NCBI GenBank assembly: GCA_002707205.1
Contig: PAMH01000013.1
Coordinates: 1 to 62,748, forward strand
DNA: 62,748 bases
Direction: 5' to 3'
DNA from: Legionellales bacterium
GTDB taxonomy: Bacteria; Pseudomonadota; Gammaproteobacteria; UBA1113
Below are positions 10,483 to 20,388 of this stretch, piece after piece. The notes under the pieces were generated by a model. It saw nothing but the letters and a program-made list of their open reading frames with translations. It did not search any database and was not told where the DNA came from. Each line of letters opens with the position of its first letter. The stretch's first letter is position 1. A program made the position numbers and the translations under genes.

Positions 10483-11115
10483 TTATTTCATACTAAAAGA
10501 GGTTTCGTATTTATCATCATCTTTTTCTATATTGCCTTTAGGACGAAGAGTTGGGTCGTTTAAATTTTTAACCGCTGCTTTTACTAAAAGTGGATCGCCA
10601 GTTAATGAATCCTTTGAAAAAGCTAAACGTTTGCTTGGATTCTCTGAAATTAATGTTTTTTGTACCTGCCTTGCTTGCTCTGTATACACCTCAGACTCTC
10701 CAGCATCACTATTACTCGCTAATTCTGTCGTAGCTAAAGAAGAGAACCCTGCACCCCCATCAAGCAATAAACCTAAAGACTCAATGAGCGCATCTTCTCC
10801 GCCTACAGTTTGTTGATTCCCAGGGCGCGTTTCAGCTCGCATTACTTGTAATTCTGTGGCATTTATGTGTTGTTGATCAAATTTATTTTTTACTAATGCA
10901 ACCGATTTAACACCAATGAATGCAGCCATAATTTTTGCAAAAGAGTCTGGTTCTGGTTGGTTTTTTTCTTTAACAAGCGTCTCATTGGATAAGTGTATAT
11001 TATCTTCTGCTTTTGATGCGGTTGACTCAAATTGGCGCGCACGACTTCGTCTGTTTAGCGTGTTATTTAAAGACGCACTCTGTGTTAACTCATATTTTTT
11101 AGATTTACCAGTCAT
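10483..11115 (-). CDS. Hypothetical protein (orphan)
   Basis: This 210-aa ORF is the longest in the region and has a polar, low-complexity composition. It has no clear RBS and no recognised domain. An antisense 113-aa ORF also exists. Confidence 0.45.
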   Translation of the reverse strand: MTGKSKKYELTQSASLNNTLNRRSRARQFESTASKAEDNIHLSNETLVKEKNQPEPDSFAKIMAAFIGVKSVALVKNKFDQQHINATELQVMRAETRPGNQQTVGGEDALIESLGLLLDGGAGFSSLATTELASNSDAGESEVYTEQARQVQKTLISENPSKRLAFSKDSLTGDPLLVKAAVKNLNDPTLRPKGNIEKDDDKYETSFSMK

Positions 11116-11335
11116 AATAAATTAACTCTGTAACTTTTAACAAACAGGCTGACATAAACTTCCTGCAGAAGCCGTGTTAAAAACCCTGTGCGCAAATTCT
11201 TCTACAGTAATTATTATACACACCAAAAATTAATTTTATATTAAACACCACCTAAAAATAGCTCTTTATCATTAAAGGTTAACTATCTACTCGATTGTAC
11301 CCCCAAAATACATGACAAGTTAATTCAAAGGTGTA

Positions 11336-11344
11336 TGCTATAAT
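11336..11344 (+). promoter_or_regulatory. Candidate extended -10 promoter element (TGCTATAAT) upstream of dprA
   Basis: A TGnTATAAT match lies 28 nt upstream of the dprA ATG. No good -35 element was seen. Confidence 0.3.
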
Positions 11345-11371
11345 AAATAAATTTTTAATGGATAAAAACAT

Positions 11372-12505
11372 ATGAATGCATTACTAGATTGTGAACTAGC
11401 ATGTTGGTTAGCCGTGCACAGCGCTTCTGGAATAGGCATTGCACGGTGGCAAAAACACTTCAAAAACCAAACTGCGAGAACTGTATTGAATAATCAATCT
11501 TTAATCATTGAAAGTTATTTACCTGAAAGTATTAAACAAGCCCTCTTAAAACCTGATTGGGATGCAATTGCTAACACACTCGAATGGCAAAGCGGCACAA
11601 ATCAACATATCATCACGTATTTTGATGCAAAATATCCATCATTGCTCAAAGAAATTTGCTCGCCGCCATTAATTTTATTTGTCAAAGGTCAAGTTAATAG
11701 CTTAAATACGATGCAATTTGCCATGGTTGGCAGTCGTAACGCTTCGCCTAATGGCTTATACATCGCTAAAAATTTTGCACATACATTAGCAAAAATGGGT
11801 ATTACTATTACCAGCGGTTTAGCCTTAGGTATCGACACGGCAAGTCATCAAGGTTGTTTAAATGCCAATGGTCAAACCATTGCAGTATTAGGCACTGGTG
11901 TGGATATTATTTACCCGAAGAAAAATCATTACTTAGCTGATAAAATACAAGAAAACGGTGCTATTATCAGTGAATTTCCTCTAGGTACAAGCCCACAAGC
12001 AAAAAATTTCCCCAAACGCAACCGTATTATTAGTGGGTTAAGTATTGCAACGTTAGTTGTTGAAGCCAGTCTACGCAGTGGCTCATTAATTACAGCAAGA
12101 TTCGCCTTAGAGCAAAATCGAGAAGTGCTCACCATCCCTGGATCTATTCATCAAGCTCAAAGCAAGGGATGCCATGCACTCATAAAACAAGGCGCAGCGT
12201 TAGTTGAGTCTATTGATGATATCCGTGATGCCTTAGAATTATTACCTCATACCTATTTTAATCATCTCGATAATCATGCTGATGAAGCACATACTTATAA
12301 AAAACTAGATAAAGACTGTACAAATATGTTACAATATGTTGGCTTTGAGGTAACCTCCATTGATGTTATGATACAACAAAGTGATTATTCACTTGAACAG
12401 ATATTATTGGGGCTTAGTAAACTTGAACTTGAAGGATTAATTGAAAAAGTACCTGGCGGCTATATAAAACTAGCAGCACATATGCATCATTTTCATGATA
12501 GTTAA
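11372..12505 (+). CDS. dprA: DNA-protecting/processing protein DprA (Smf)
   Basis: Rossmann-like core motifs are present (VGSRNASPNG, ITSGLALGIDTASHQG, GTGVDIIYPKKN, FPKRNRIISGLS, VVEASLRSGSLITA). It forms dprA-smg-topA synteny. Confidence 0.9.
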   Translation: MNALLDCELACWLAVHSASGIGIARWQKHFKNQTARTVLNNQSLIIESYLPESIKQALLKPDWDAIANTLEWQSGTNQHIITYFDAKYPSLLKEICSPPLILFVKGQVNSLNTMQFAMVGSRNASPNGLYIAKNFAHTLAKMGITITSGLALGIDTASHQGCLNANGQTIAVLGTGVDIIYPKKNHYLADKIQENGAIISEFPLGTSPQAKNFPKRNRIISGLSIATLVVEASLRSGSLITARFALEQNREVLTIPGSIHQAQSKGCHALIKQGAALVESIDDIRDALELLPHTYFNHLDNHADEAHTYKKLDKDCTNMLQYVGFEVTSIDVMIQQSDYSLEQILLGLSKLELEGLIEKVPGGYIKLAAHMHHFHDS

Positions 12506-12547
12506 GGGCTTTTTTGCGACATTTAATGGATATTTAAGAGAGAATTT

Positions 12548-13045
12548 ATGAAAGAAAATATGTTTGATGTTCTTCTTTATCTTTTTGAAAATTTTATCAG
12601 TGAGTACCCATACGTACTACCAGAAGAACCCGCTGAACTTACAAGTGCCTTAGAAGTTGCTGGATTTCAGGACAGTTGTATTAACAAGGCATTTTTGTGG
12701 TTAGAGGGTTTAACTGACTTACAAATGCTTAATAACAATCCGAGCAAACATACTCACCTTAAGTCTATTAAGGGTTTTAGGGTATTTAATTCAGAAGAGT
12801 TTGCACGCCTTGATGAAGATGCATTAGGCTTTATTTTATTTCTCGAGCAGCATAATATTATCGATGATGATAGTCGTGAACTCATCATGGACAGACTTAT
12901 GGCATTAGAACATTTTCAAATTGATCTTGAACAAGTCAAATGGGTTACATTGATTGTATTATATCATCATTTCCAAAACAAAGAAGAATTGGAACTGATT
13001 GAAGAATTTTTGTTATTAAACAGTGATGGCGAAACCTTGCATTGA
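12548..13045 (+). CDS. smg: Smg protein (DUF494)
   Basis: The N-terminus MFDVLLYLFENF and an acidic 165-aa product are typical of Smg. It sits between dprA and topA. Confidence 0.85.
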   Translation: MKENMFDVLLYLFENFISEYPYVLPEEPAELTSALEVAGFQDSCINKAFLWLEGLTDLQMLNNNPSKHTHLKSIKGFRVFNSEEFARLDEDALGFILFLEQHNIIDDDSRELIMDRLMALEHFQIDLEQVKWVTLIVLYHHFQNKEELELIEEFLLLNSDGETLH

Positions 13046-13106
13046 CATTTACACTATAAATAGACTAGCCTTGCAACAAAAATACTTTATCAACGACGGG
13101 TAACCC

Positions 13107-15419
13107 ATGGGTAAGCATTTAGTTATCGTAGAATCGCCAGCGAAAGCAAAAACCATTAAAAAATATCTTGGCTCAGATTATGACGTCTTGGCTTCTTATG
13201 GACATGTCAGAGACTTAATCCCTAAAAATGGCGCGGTTGACCCTAATAACGATTATGCCATGCTGTATGAAATTATTGAACGCAACGCCAAGCATGTACA
13301 AAACATTGCAAGCAGTTTAAAAAAATCTGATAGCTTATTACTCGCAACTGACCCAGATAGAGAGGGTGAAGCTATTGCTTGGTCTGTATTTGAGTTAATG
13401 AAAGAAAAAAATATCATTAAAGATAAACCTGTTAAAAGAGTTGTATTTCATCAAATTACCAAAACTGCAATTAAAGCCGCTGTTGAAAATCCAAGAGATT
13501 TAGATATGAGCATGGTTGATGCGCAAGTTGCACGTCGAGCACTAGACTACCTTGTCGGATTTAATTTATCACCGTTATTATGGAAAAAAATTAAACGCGG
13601 CTTGTCTGCTGGTCGAGTACAAAGCCCTGCATTAAGATTAATTGTTGAGCGCGAGCTTGAAATTGAAGCATTTAAGCCGCAAGAGTACTGGAGCATCAAA
13701 GCATTATCAGAAGCGCAACAACAAGTACTACCTGCCCGACTAGTTACTTATCAAGGTACTAAAGTCGAACAATTCAGTTTTACTGATGAAAAAACGACAA
13801 TGGCAGCCAAAACACATTTACTTGATGTTTCTGGGCAAGCGTTAACCGTTATCAAGGTTGATAAAAAACAACGTAAACGTAATCCCGCACCACCTTTTAT
13901 TACCTCAACTTTACAACAAGAAGCAGCGCGAAAATTGAGTTTCACGACCAAGCGTACCATGATGATAGCCCAACAGTTATATGAAGGTATTGACACTGGC
14001 GATGGTGCTGTTGGTTTAATTACTTATATGCGTACAGACTCAGTGAATTTAGCAGATGAAGCTATCAATGAAATTCGTGAGCATATTCAATCACACTATG
14101 GTAAAGAATATTTACCCGAGACGCCTAATGTCTATAAAACGAAAGCAAAAAATGCTCAAGAAGCCCATGAGGCAATTCGACCAACCTCTATTTTACGTAG
14201 ACCCGAAGAACTTGCCGCTTATTTAACTAAAGAACAATTAAAGCTTTATGATCTGATATGGAAACGCGCGATTGCAAGCCAAATGATTCATGCATTAATG
14301 AATACTGTTGCTATCGAACTTGCTTGCGGTAATGAGCAAAATATCTTTAGAGCAAATGGCCAAACTATTGCTCATCCTGGCTTTATCACGGTTTATCAAG
14401 AAGGCGTAGATGATGCTAAAGCAAGCGATGATGAAGATAAAATTTTACCAGAAATGAAAAAAGGCGATAAATTACCCTTAAAAGATATTTTATGTGAACA
14501 ACATTTTACCGAGCCGCCCCCAAGATTTTCCGAAGCTAGCTTAGTAAAAATTTTAGAAGATCATGGCATCGGTCGACCATCTACTTATGCCTCTATCATT
14601 TCAACATTACTTAATCGTGAATATGTCACACTTGAGAAAAAACGATTTATGCCCACAGACATTGGCCGCGTGGTCAATAAATTTTTGACGAATTATTTTA
14701 CGCAATATGTTGATTATGACTTCACTGCAAACCTAGAAAATGATTTAGATGCTATTTCACGTGGTGAAAAAAAATGGATACCTGTTTTAGATAATTTCTG
14801 GATACCTTTTAAAGATAAAATTCATGAAATCGAAACAACCGTCTCTAAAAAAGATGTAACAACCGAGAGCATTGGCGAAAATTGCCCTGAGTGCGGCAAA
14901 GAATTAGTCATGCGATTAGGTCGTATGGGTAAATTTATTGCATGTACAGGTTATCCTGATTGTAAATATACCAGAAACCCTGATGGTGATGGCGGCAGTA
15001 ATAGTGAACCAGAATATATCGAAGGACGCAATTGCCCAAAATGCCAACATCAATTATTAATACGTTATGGCCGTTATGGCAAGTTTATTGGTTGCAGTAA
15101 TTATCCCAATTGCAAACATATCGAGCCATTGGAAAAACCTGCCGAAACAGGTGTTTCTTGTCCTGCTTGTAAAGACGGTACGATTTTGCAACGTAAATCT
15201 CGCAATGGGAAAATATTTTATTCTTGTTCGTGTTACCCAGACTGTAAATATGCGTTATGGAATCAGCCACTGGCGCAATCTTGTCCCGAGTGTCATTGGC
15301 CAATCACTACCGTTAAAACAACTAAGAGTCGTGGTACAGAACGTGTTTGCCCAGAAAAAAATTGTAAGTTTGCCGAAGATTACGAATTACCAGAAGATGA
15401 TCAATCAAAATCACAATAA
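13107..15419 (+). CDS. topA: DNA topoisomerase I
   Basis: It has a Toprim N-terminus (LVIVESPAKAKTIKKYLG, ATDPDREGEAI) and the active-site region ITYMRTDS. The C-terminal part has repeated Cys4 zinc-ribbon motifs (CPECG...C..YPDCKY). Confidence 0.95.
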   Translation: MGKHLVIVESPAKAKTIKKYLGSDYDVLASYGHVRDLIPKNGAVDPNNDYAMLYEIIERNAKHVQNIASSLKKSDSLLLATDPDREGEAIAWSVFELMKEKNIIKDKPVKRVVFHQITKTAIKAAVENPRDLDMSMVDAQVARRALDYLVGFNLSPLLWKKIKRGLSAGRVQSPALRLIVERELEIEAFKPQEYWSIKALSEAQQQVLPARLVTYQGTKVEQFSFTDEKTTMAAKTHLLDVSGQALTVIKVDKKQRKRNPAPPFITSTLQQEAARKLSFTTKRTMMIAQQLYEGIDTGDGAVGLITYMRTDSVNLADEAINEIREHIQSHYGKEYLPETPNVYKTKAKNAQEAHEAIRPTSILRRPEELAAYLTKEQLKLYDLIWKRAIASQMIHALMNTVAIELACGNEQNIFRANGQTIAHPGFITVYQEGVDDAKASDDEDKILPEMKKGDKLPLKDILCEQHFTEPPPRFSEASLVKILEDHGIGRPSTYASIISTLLNREYVTLEKKRFMPTDIGRVVNKFLTNYFTQYVDYDFTANLENDLDAISRGEKKWIPVLDNFWIPFKDKIHEIETTVSKKDVTTESIGENCPECGKELVMRLGRMGKFIACTGYPDCKYTRNPDGDGGSNSEPEYIEGRNCPKCQHQLLIRYGRYGKFIGCSNYPNCKHIEPLEKPAETGVSCPACKDGTILQRKSRNGKIFYSCSCYPDCKYALWNQPLAQSCPECHWPITTVKTTKSRGTERVCPEKNCKFAEDYELPEDDQSKSQ

Positions 15420-15432
15420 ATGGAGTTAACCT

Positions 15433-15999
15433 GTGAGCCTAAATGTTAGTGATGAAACCTTTAAACGCGCCATTGCCGCGTTAAAGCAACAACAGATAAT
15501 TGCTTACCCAACCGAAGCAGTTTATGGCTTAGGCTGTGATCCGCGCAGTGAATCTGCGGTTGAAAAAATTTTACAATTAAAAAATCGTCAGCGCGAAAAA
15601 GGCTTAATCCTCATTGCCTGTGACATCACCCAATTAGAACCCTATTTGGGTTTATTAACTGACAAACAATGGCAACAATTAAAGCAAACATGGCCGGGCG
15701 CACATACATGGTTAGTCCCCAAATCAAATGCCGTGCCCACTTGGATTCATGGTGCATTTGACACGATTGCCGTGCGCGTAACCAATCATCCTGTTGCCGC
15801 GGCGCTATGTCAACGTTTTGGGCATCCATTAGTTTCAACCAGCGCAAATCGTGCTGGACAAACGCCACTGACAGATAATGTGCGTGTTTTTGAAACTTTT
15901 GGCGATGAAATCGATTACATTGTACCAGGCCGTGTTGGCAACCAACGTAAGCCCTCCGTGATTCAAGATCTACTGACTCAACAATTAATTCGAGAATAA
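15433..15999 (+). CDS. tsaC: L-threonylcarbamoyladenylate synthase TsaC (YrdC family)
   Basis: It uses a GTG start. YrdC motifs AYPTEAVYGLGCD and LVSTSANRAGQ are present. The 188-aa single-domain form sits at the conserved position after topA. Confidence 0.85.
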   Translation: MSLNVSDETFKRAIAALKQQQIIAYPTEAVYGLGCDPRSESAVEKILQLKNRQREKGLILIACDITQLEPYLGLLTDKQWQQLKQTWPGAHTWLVPKSNAVPTWIHGAFDTIAVRVTNHPVAAALCQRFGHPLVSTSANRAGQTPLTDNVRVFETFGDEIDYIVPGRVGNQRKPSVIQDLLTQQLIRE

Positions 16000-16002
16000 A
16001 TC

Positions 16003-16320
16003 ATGGCTAAGTGGTATCCCGTAGCAACTATTGATGAAATCCCAGCAGGTGAATATAAAGCAGTATTTGCAGGCGATGAAGATATTCTTTTGATTCATTG
16101 CGACGACCAATTCTATGCAATACAAGATCGCTGCTCACACCAAGAAGCCCCTCTAGATGGTGGTGATTTAGAAGGCGATCAATTTTTCTGCCCTCTCCAT
16201 GGTGCCAGCTTTTGTATTAAAACCGGCGAAGCCACGGCACCACCGGCATATGAGCCTATCAACACGTATCCCACAAAAATCGATCATAGAACGATTTTTG
16301 TGGAGATTGAAGAGGATTAA
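16003..16320 (+). CDS. Rieske [2Fe-2S] ferredoxin-like protein
   Basis: The Rieske ligand motifs CSHQ and CPLHG are separated by 17 residues. The product is 105 aa. Confidence 0.8.
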   Translation: MAKWYPVATIDEIPAGEYKAVFAGDEDILLIHCDDQFYAIQDRCSHQEAPLDGGDLEGDQFFCPLHGASFCIKTGEATAPPAYEPINTYPTKIDHRTIFVEIEED

Positions 16321-16350
16321 ATGTTTGATGAAAAAATCAACTAATTTTTT

Positions 16351-16806
16351 CTATTTAAACGTTGGACTTTGATTTTTTTCTTCGCCACAATTTAAAGATT
16401 TTTGCTCTTCTATTGACCTCTTTGAGTTTAATATAAATTTAAGACTCATTTTATTCACGTAGGTTGTTAAAACACTGGTTTGTTGTCTAGTTTTACTTAT
16501 AGGGGGCTGGACTGAATTGCCATTTTTTTCTGCTGTATTATTATTGTCCGGCGAAATAATAGAAGTCCATTTTTCATAAGGAGGATCACTTTTTTTCGCA
16601 GAGCCATCATTAACCCAGAAATTACTAAACATTTGAGCTTTTGTTTGCTCATTTGCTGCTCGAGGGGAGGTTTCAAAGCAGTTGTTTTCATTAACAATCA
16701 AAAAATCAGAAAATAGCGGGCTTTTTCTTTCAGAATTAATTCTAGCTTCATAGCCCATATGACATGTATCATTTGACTCATCTATAAATTCATAATGTTG
16801 TGGCAT
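16351..16806 (-). CDS. Hypothetical protein (orphan, polar/low complexity)
   Basis: ATG follows AAAGGA. The 151-aa product has no recognised domain and a Glu-containing polar C-terminus. Confidence 0.5.
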   Translation of the reverse strand: MPQHYEFIDESNDTCHMGYEARINSERKSPLFSDFLIVNENNCFETSPRAANEQTKAQMFSNFWVNDGSAKKSDPPYEKWTSIISPDNNNTAEKNGNSVQPPISKTRQQTSVLTTYVNKMSLKFILNSKRSIEEQKSLNCGEEKNQSPTFK

Positions 16807-16861
16807 ATCTATCCTTTATTGTTATAATTATTGTTAGATTTATGTATTTATACATAAATGT

Positions 16862-17356
16862 TTATTGTATACTAATTTTGTTTAAATTGCACGCAAACAA
16901 ACTTAATTTGATAAATAACTTGACCCACTTTTTTATTTTGTTTACGCCCTCACTTGTAAGCGGTTGTTTATTCGATAAGTTGTATAATATATCGTTAATC
17001 TTTTGTAATGACTCAACTAAAGTGCTTGAAAGATCAAATGGTGAAAGTAGATTTTTTCTATGTCTTTTTATTGCAATATATGCATTTTTCAAATCATCTA
17101 AACGTTTATTAGTTTCGATTTCGGCTTGTTTTTGGTCACGATTAAGTATTGATGAATCACCGTTTTCTAATTCCGTATGTAATCTTTTAAATTCTTTAAT
17201 TAATTGACGTGTTTTATTAAATACGACGCTATAGCGCTCATGCGGCTTTTTGTTGTGAATAAGCGACTTGAGAGACATCACTTCAAGAAACTCATAAAAA
17301 TCTTCTAGCTTTTTGATTTTATGCGCGACTTTTAACTGATAGTTTGCTTTATACAT
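16862..17356 (-). CDS. Hypothetical protein (orphan, predicted helical/coiled coil)
   Basis: This is a 164-aa Lys/Glu-rich helical ORF with no obvious RBS and no recognised domain. Confidence 0.45.
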   Translation of the reverse strand: MYKANYQLKVAHKIKKLEDFYEFLEVMSLKSLIHNKKPHERYSVVFNKTRQLIKEFKRLHTELENGDSSILNRDQKQAEIETNKRLDDLKNAYIAIKRHRKNLLSPFDLSSTLVESLQKINDILYNLSNKQPLTSEGVNKIKKWVKLFIKLSLFACNLNKISIQ

Positions 17357-17435
17357 TATTATTTTTTTTTAATTATAATAGTTAATGAACAAAATTTTAT
17401 CATCGCTTATAAAAAAGTTAAGGCTTTGTCTAGAA

Positions 17436-17987
17436 TCAATTTAATAATCGAGTCAATGACATTCTTTGTTTCACTTCATCCTCCAACTTTTTTTGTTCCA
17501 CTTCATCCTCCGGCATTGCTTGTCGCTCTTTATTCTTATCTTGATTCATAATATTAAATTCTCCTATCAGATCACTATATGGGACGATTATTCGCGGTTC
17601 GTTTGAGTAATTTTCTTGATGTTGTACAAAGATAAGATTTTTTTTAAAACCTTGCTTCTTATTATAATCCTCTAAATACTGCCACACTTGCTGATATGAA
17701 GCTTGTAATTGTTCAAGTGATGTTTTTAACTCATTATTTACCTCCACAAAGCACTTTTCTGCATTCATTTGTGCGGATTGGCAAACAGAATGACTATCAT
17801 AGTCATTCTGTTTTTGGAGGATATTTAGCATATTTGCTTTATCAGCTTCAAAATGCTTATACAGCTCAGAAAAATCGGCTCTATTTACAACAGAATTATC
17901 TAGCAGCGACAATCTACCTTGAATCCATAATGACATTTGTTTTATTTTTTGATGTATATCCTTGTTTTCTAATGTTTCTGTATACAT
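17436..17987 (-). CDS. Hypothetical protein (orphan, coiled coil, with a C-terminal 9-residue repeat)
   Basis: ATG follows GGAAGGA. The C-terminus carries EDEVEQKKL / EDEVKQRMS, encoded by a 13-nt direct repeat (17472-17484 and 17499-17511). Confidence 0.5.
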   Translation of the reverse strand: MYTETLENKDIHQKIKQMSLWIQGRLSLLDNSVVNRADFSELYKHFEADKANMLNILQKQNDYDSHSVCQSAQMNAEKCFVEVNNELKTSLEQLQASYQQVWQYLEDYNKKQGFKKNLIFVQHQENYSNEPRIIVPYSDLIGEFNIMNQDKNKERQAMPEDEVEQKKLEDEVKQRMSLTRLLN

Positions 17988-18029
17988 TTGGCTATCGTCC
18001 TTCCTGTCATAAGGTTGTATCCCTCAAAT

Positions 18030-19388
18030 TTATAACTGCTGTAAGGCTTGTTCTAAGGTTTCCACCGCAATCACCTCAAGGCCTTGAGGTGGTTTTTTAG
18101 GTGCATTAGCTTTAGGGATGATTGCACGTTTAAAACCATGCTTAACCGCTTCACGTAATCGCTCTTGGCCTGATTGCACAGGACGAATTTCTCCTGCTAA
18201 ACCAATTTCACCAAACACTATCAAATCATCAGGGACTGTCTGATTTTTAAAGCTAGAAACAACTGCAAAAATTAATGCTAAATCAGCGGCGGTTTCAGAC
18301 ACTCTCACGCCACCTACAACATTGACAAAAACATCTTGCCCATAACAAGCTAATCCACCATGGCGACTCAATACAGCTAATAACATAGCCAAACGATTCT
18401 GTTCTAATCCTACAGTGACGCGTCTTGGATTGGCTAGAGGGCTATCAGCAACCAATGCCTGCACCTCAATTAACAATGGCCGACTTCCTTCCCATGTCAC
18501 CATAATGACGCTACCAGATACCGCCTGCTCGTATTGCGACAAAAATATTGCTGAAGGATTATTCACGCCCCTTAAGCCTTTATCTGTCATTGCAAAAACA
18601 CCTAATTCATTTACCGCACCAAAACGATTTTTAATCGCACGCACAACACGATAGCGGCTATCGCTTTGCCCTTCAAAATACAACACCGCATCAACCATGT
18701 GTTCTAACACACGAGGTCCTGCTAAAGCCCCCTCTTTTGTCACATGCCCCACTAAAAATAACGCAATACCGGTTTGCTTAGCAAAACGTACTAATTGTGC
18801 GGCACTTTCACGCACTTGCCCAACGCCGCCCGGCGCTGATTGAATTAAATCGGTATAGATTGTTTGTATTGAGTCGATCACAATCACATCAGGCTTTTCT
18901 TTATTCGCTTGGCTAATAATTTTCTCAACATTGGTTTCAGCTAATAAAAATAAAGGATGTGACATTAACTCTAAACGTTGCGCACGCAGCGTCACTTGTT
19001 GTAACGATTCCTCACCCGTCACATATAAGCATTGCTGATTTTCACTTAATTGCGCTAAAGTTTGAATCAGCAGTGTAGATTTACCAATACCGGGATCTCC
19101 ACCTATTAACACCACCGAACCGGGTACTAATCCACCACCAAGCACGCGATCTAATTCAGCTTGCGCTGTACTCATACGTGGTGTTTCAGTTAATTCAACT
19201 TGCTGAATTGGAATAACTACTGCAGCTTGTTCGCCAGCAAAACCAACAAATTTTGATGAGGTTTTTGCTGGTGTCACAATTTCTTCGATGAATGAGTTCC
19301 ATTCCTGACAAGCACTACATTGCCCTAACCATTTAGGGGAAACACTGCCACATTCTCGACAAACATATTGTTGTTTTGATTTACTCAT
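18030..19388 (-). CDS. radA: DNA repair protein RadA (Sms)
   Basis: It has an N-terminal zinc finger (CRECGSVSPKWLGQCSACQEWN), Walker A GGDPGIGKSTL, a KNRFG motif and a Lon-like C-terminal domain. Confidence 0.95.
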   Translation of the reverse strand: MSKSKQQYVCRECGSVSPKWLGQCSACQEWNSFIEEIVTPAKTSSKFVGFAGEQAAVVIPIQQVELTETPRMSTAQAELDRVLGGGLVPGSVVLIGGDPGIGKSTLLIQTLAQLSENQQCLYVTGEESLQQVTLRAQRLELMSHPLFLLAETNVEKIISQANKEKPDVIVIDSIQTIYTDLIQSAPGGVGQVRESAAQLVRFAKQTGIALFLVGHVTKEGALAGPRVLEHMVDAVLYFEGQSDSRYRVVRAIKNRFGAVNELGVFAMTDKGLRGVNNPSAIFLSQYEQAVSGSVIMVTWEGSRPLLIEVQALVADSPLANPRRVTVGLEQNRLAMLLAVLSRHGGLACYGQDVFVNVVGGVRVSETAADLALIFAVVSSFKNQTVPDDLIVFGEIGLAGEIRPVQSGQERLREAVKHGFKRAIIPKANAPKKPPQGLEVIAVETLEQALQQL

Positions 19389-19506
19389 ATGGTTAATGAT
19401 AGCCTTTTTGAAGAATCTTTAGACCCCACAGACAAATTGCGAGACGTTATATTGTTTTTAGAACACACGCTATTTAAGCTTTGAAGTAAACGCTATATTA
19501 ATATCA

Positions 19507-19547
19507 AAAGCTAAATCTTATATCTCAAATAAACTAGATTTAGCTTT
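19507..19547 (-). terminator. Intrinsic terminator downstream of the lipoprotein gene
   Basis: A perfect 12-bp inverted repeat (AAAGCTAAATCT / AGATTTAGCTTT) has a 17-nt loop. On the minus strand it is followed by TTTTGATATT. It starts 15 nt after the stop at 19562. Confidence 0.55.
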
Positions 19548-19561
19548 TAAGCAAGTATGGA

Positions 19562-20020
19562 TTAGCTGCTAATAATACGCCATTTACCCGAAGAACTTCG
19601 ACAAGCTGTACCATAGATTGTTTGACGACTACCATTGACTGTTGCAGCAGTGGTAAAATCACGACAAGGCTCGCCTGATGCGCCGGTGAATGTACGTGTT
19701 GGTGTCACAGCATAGCTGTTTTGATTATCTGGGTTTGACCACGAAGTTGTCTGATTAGTTCGGTTGCTTTCCAGTGCTTGATTCAGTTTTAACTGATCAA
19801 TATTATCCATAGATTTACCAATTGGTCCACCCAAAACACTACTACCTGTCGTGTGACTTGAGCTAGTTGTTGATGTTGTTGTCGTTGTACTCGCCATATC
19901 ACCAAGCATAGGCCCTGTTGTTGCACTAACATCTTGATTCGACGAAGAAGAAGTTGTAATACATCCTGATAACCCTAATGTTGCAATCGCTGCAACTACA
20001 AAAACAAAAGTCTTGTTCAT
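19562..20020 (-). CDS. Lipoprotein, 17-kDa surface-antigen-like family
   Basis: It has a lipobox (LGLSGC) and a Ser/Thr-rich linker. The C-terminal motif GEPCRDFTTAATVNGSRQTIYGTACRSSSGKWRI is typical of Rickettsia/Legionella-type surface-antigen lipoproteins. Confidence 0.6.
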   Translation of the reverse strand: MNKTFVFVVAAIATLGLSGCITTSSSSNQDVSATTGPMLGDMASTTTTTSTTSSSHTTGSSVLGGPIGKSMDNIDQLKLNQALESNRTNQTTSWSNPDNQNSYAVTPTRTFTGASGEPCRDFTTAATVNGSRQTIYGTACRSSSGKWRIISS

Positions 20021-20388
20021 AATTTCCTCGATACGATTATTGCATGCTAAAGTACTTACAAAAGATTGACGATAATCATCAAATAATACTGTTTACATAA
20101 CATCTTAAAAAATTTTAGTGTGTTCCACCGCAAACGCTAATTATAGATAGAATTTACGTAAAACATCGAGCAGGGGTTACGATAAATATGCTAGCCAAGA
20201 AAAACGATGTTGTAAAAAATAAAACATACACCAAGTGTCTAAATCTTTTTTAAAACACTTTCACATAAAGCATAGCGTATTTAGCATAAGTCCTGCTATA
20301 AATTATAAGTGCAATCTGTTGAGAGTCAACTTTATGAGCTGCTTATTTCAAAATACGCTTAAGTTTGCTATGAAGCTAACAGCAGAAA

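Noticed and set aside
17472-17511. A 13-nt direct repeat (CACTTCATCCTCC) with a 27-nt period, considered as a possible regulatory or recombination repeat.
   Set aside because: It lies inside the 183-aa ORF, in frame, and simply encodes the duplicated peptide EDEVEQKKL/EDEVKQRMS. It is most simply an intragenic duplication.
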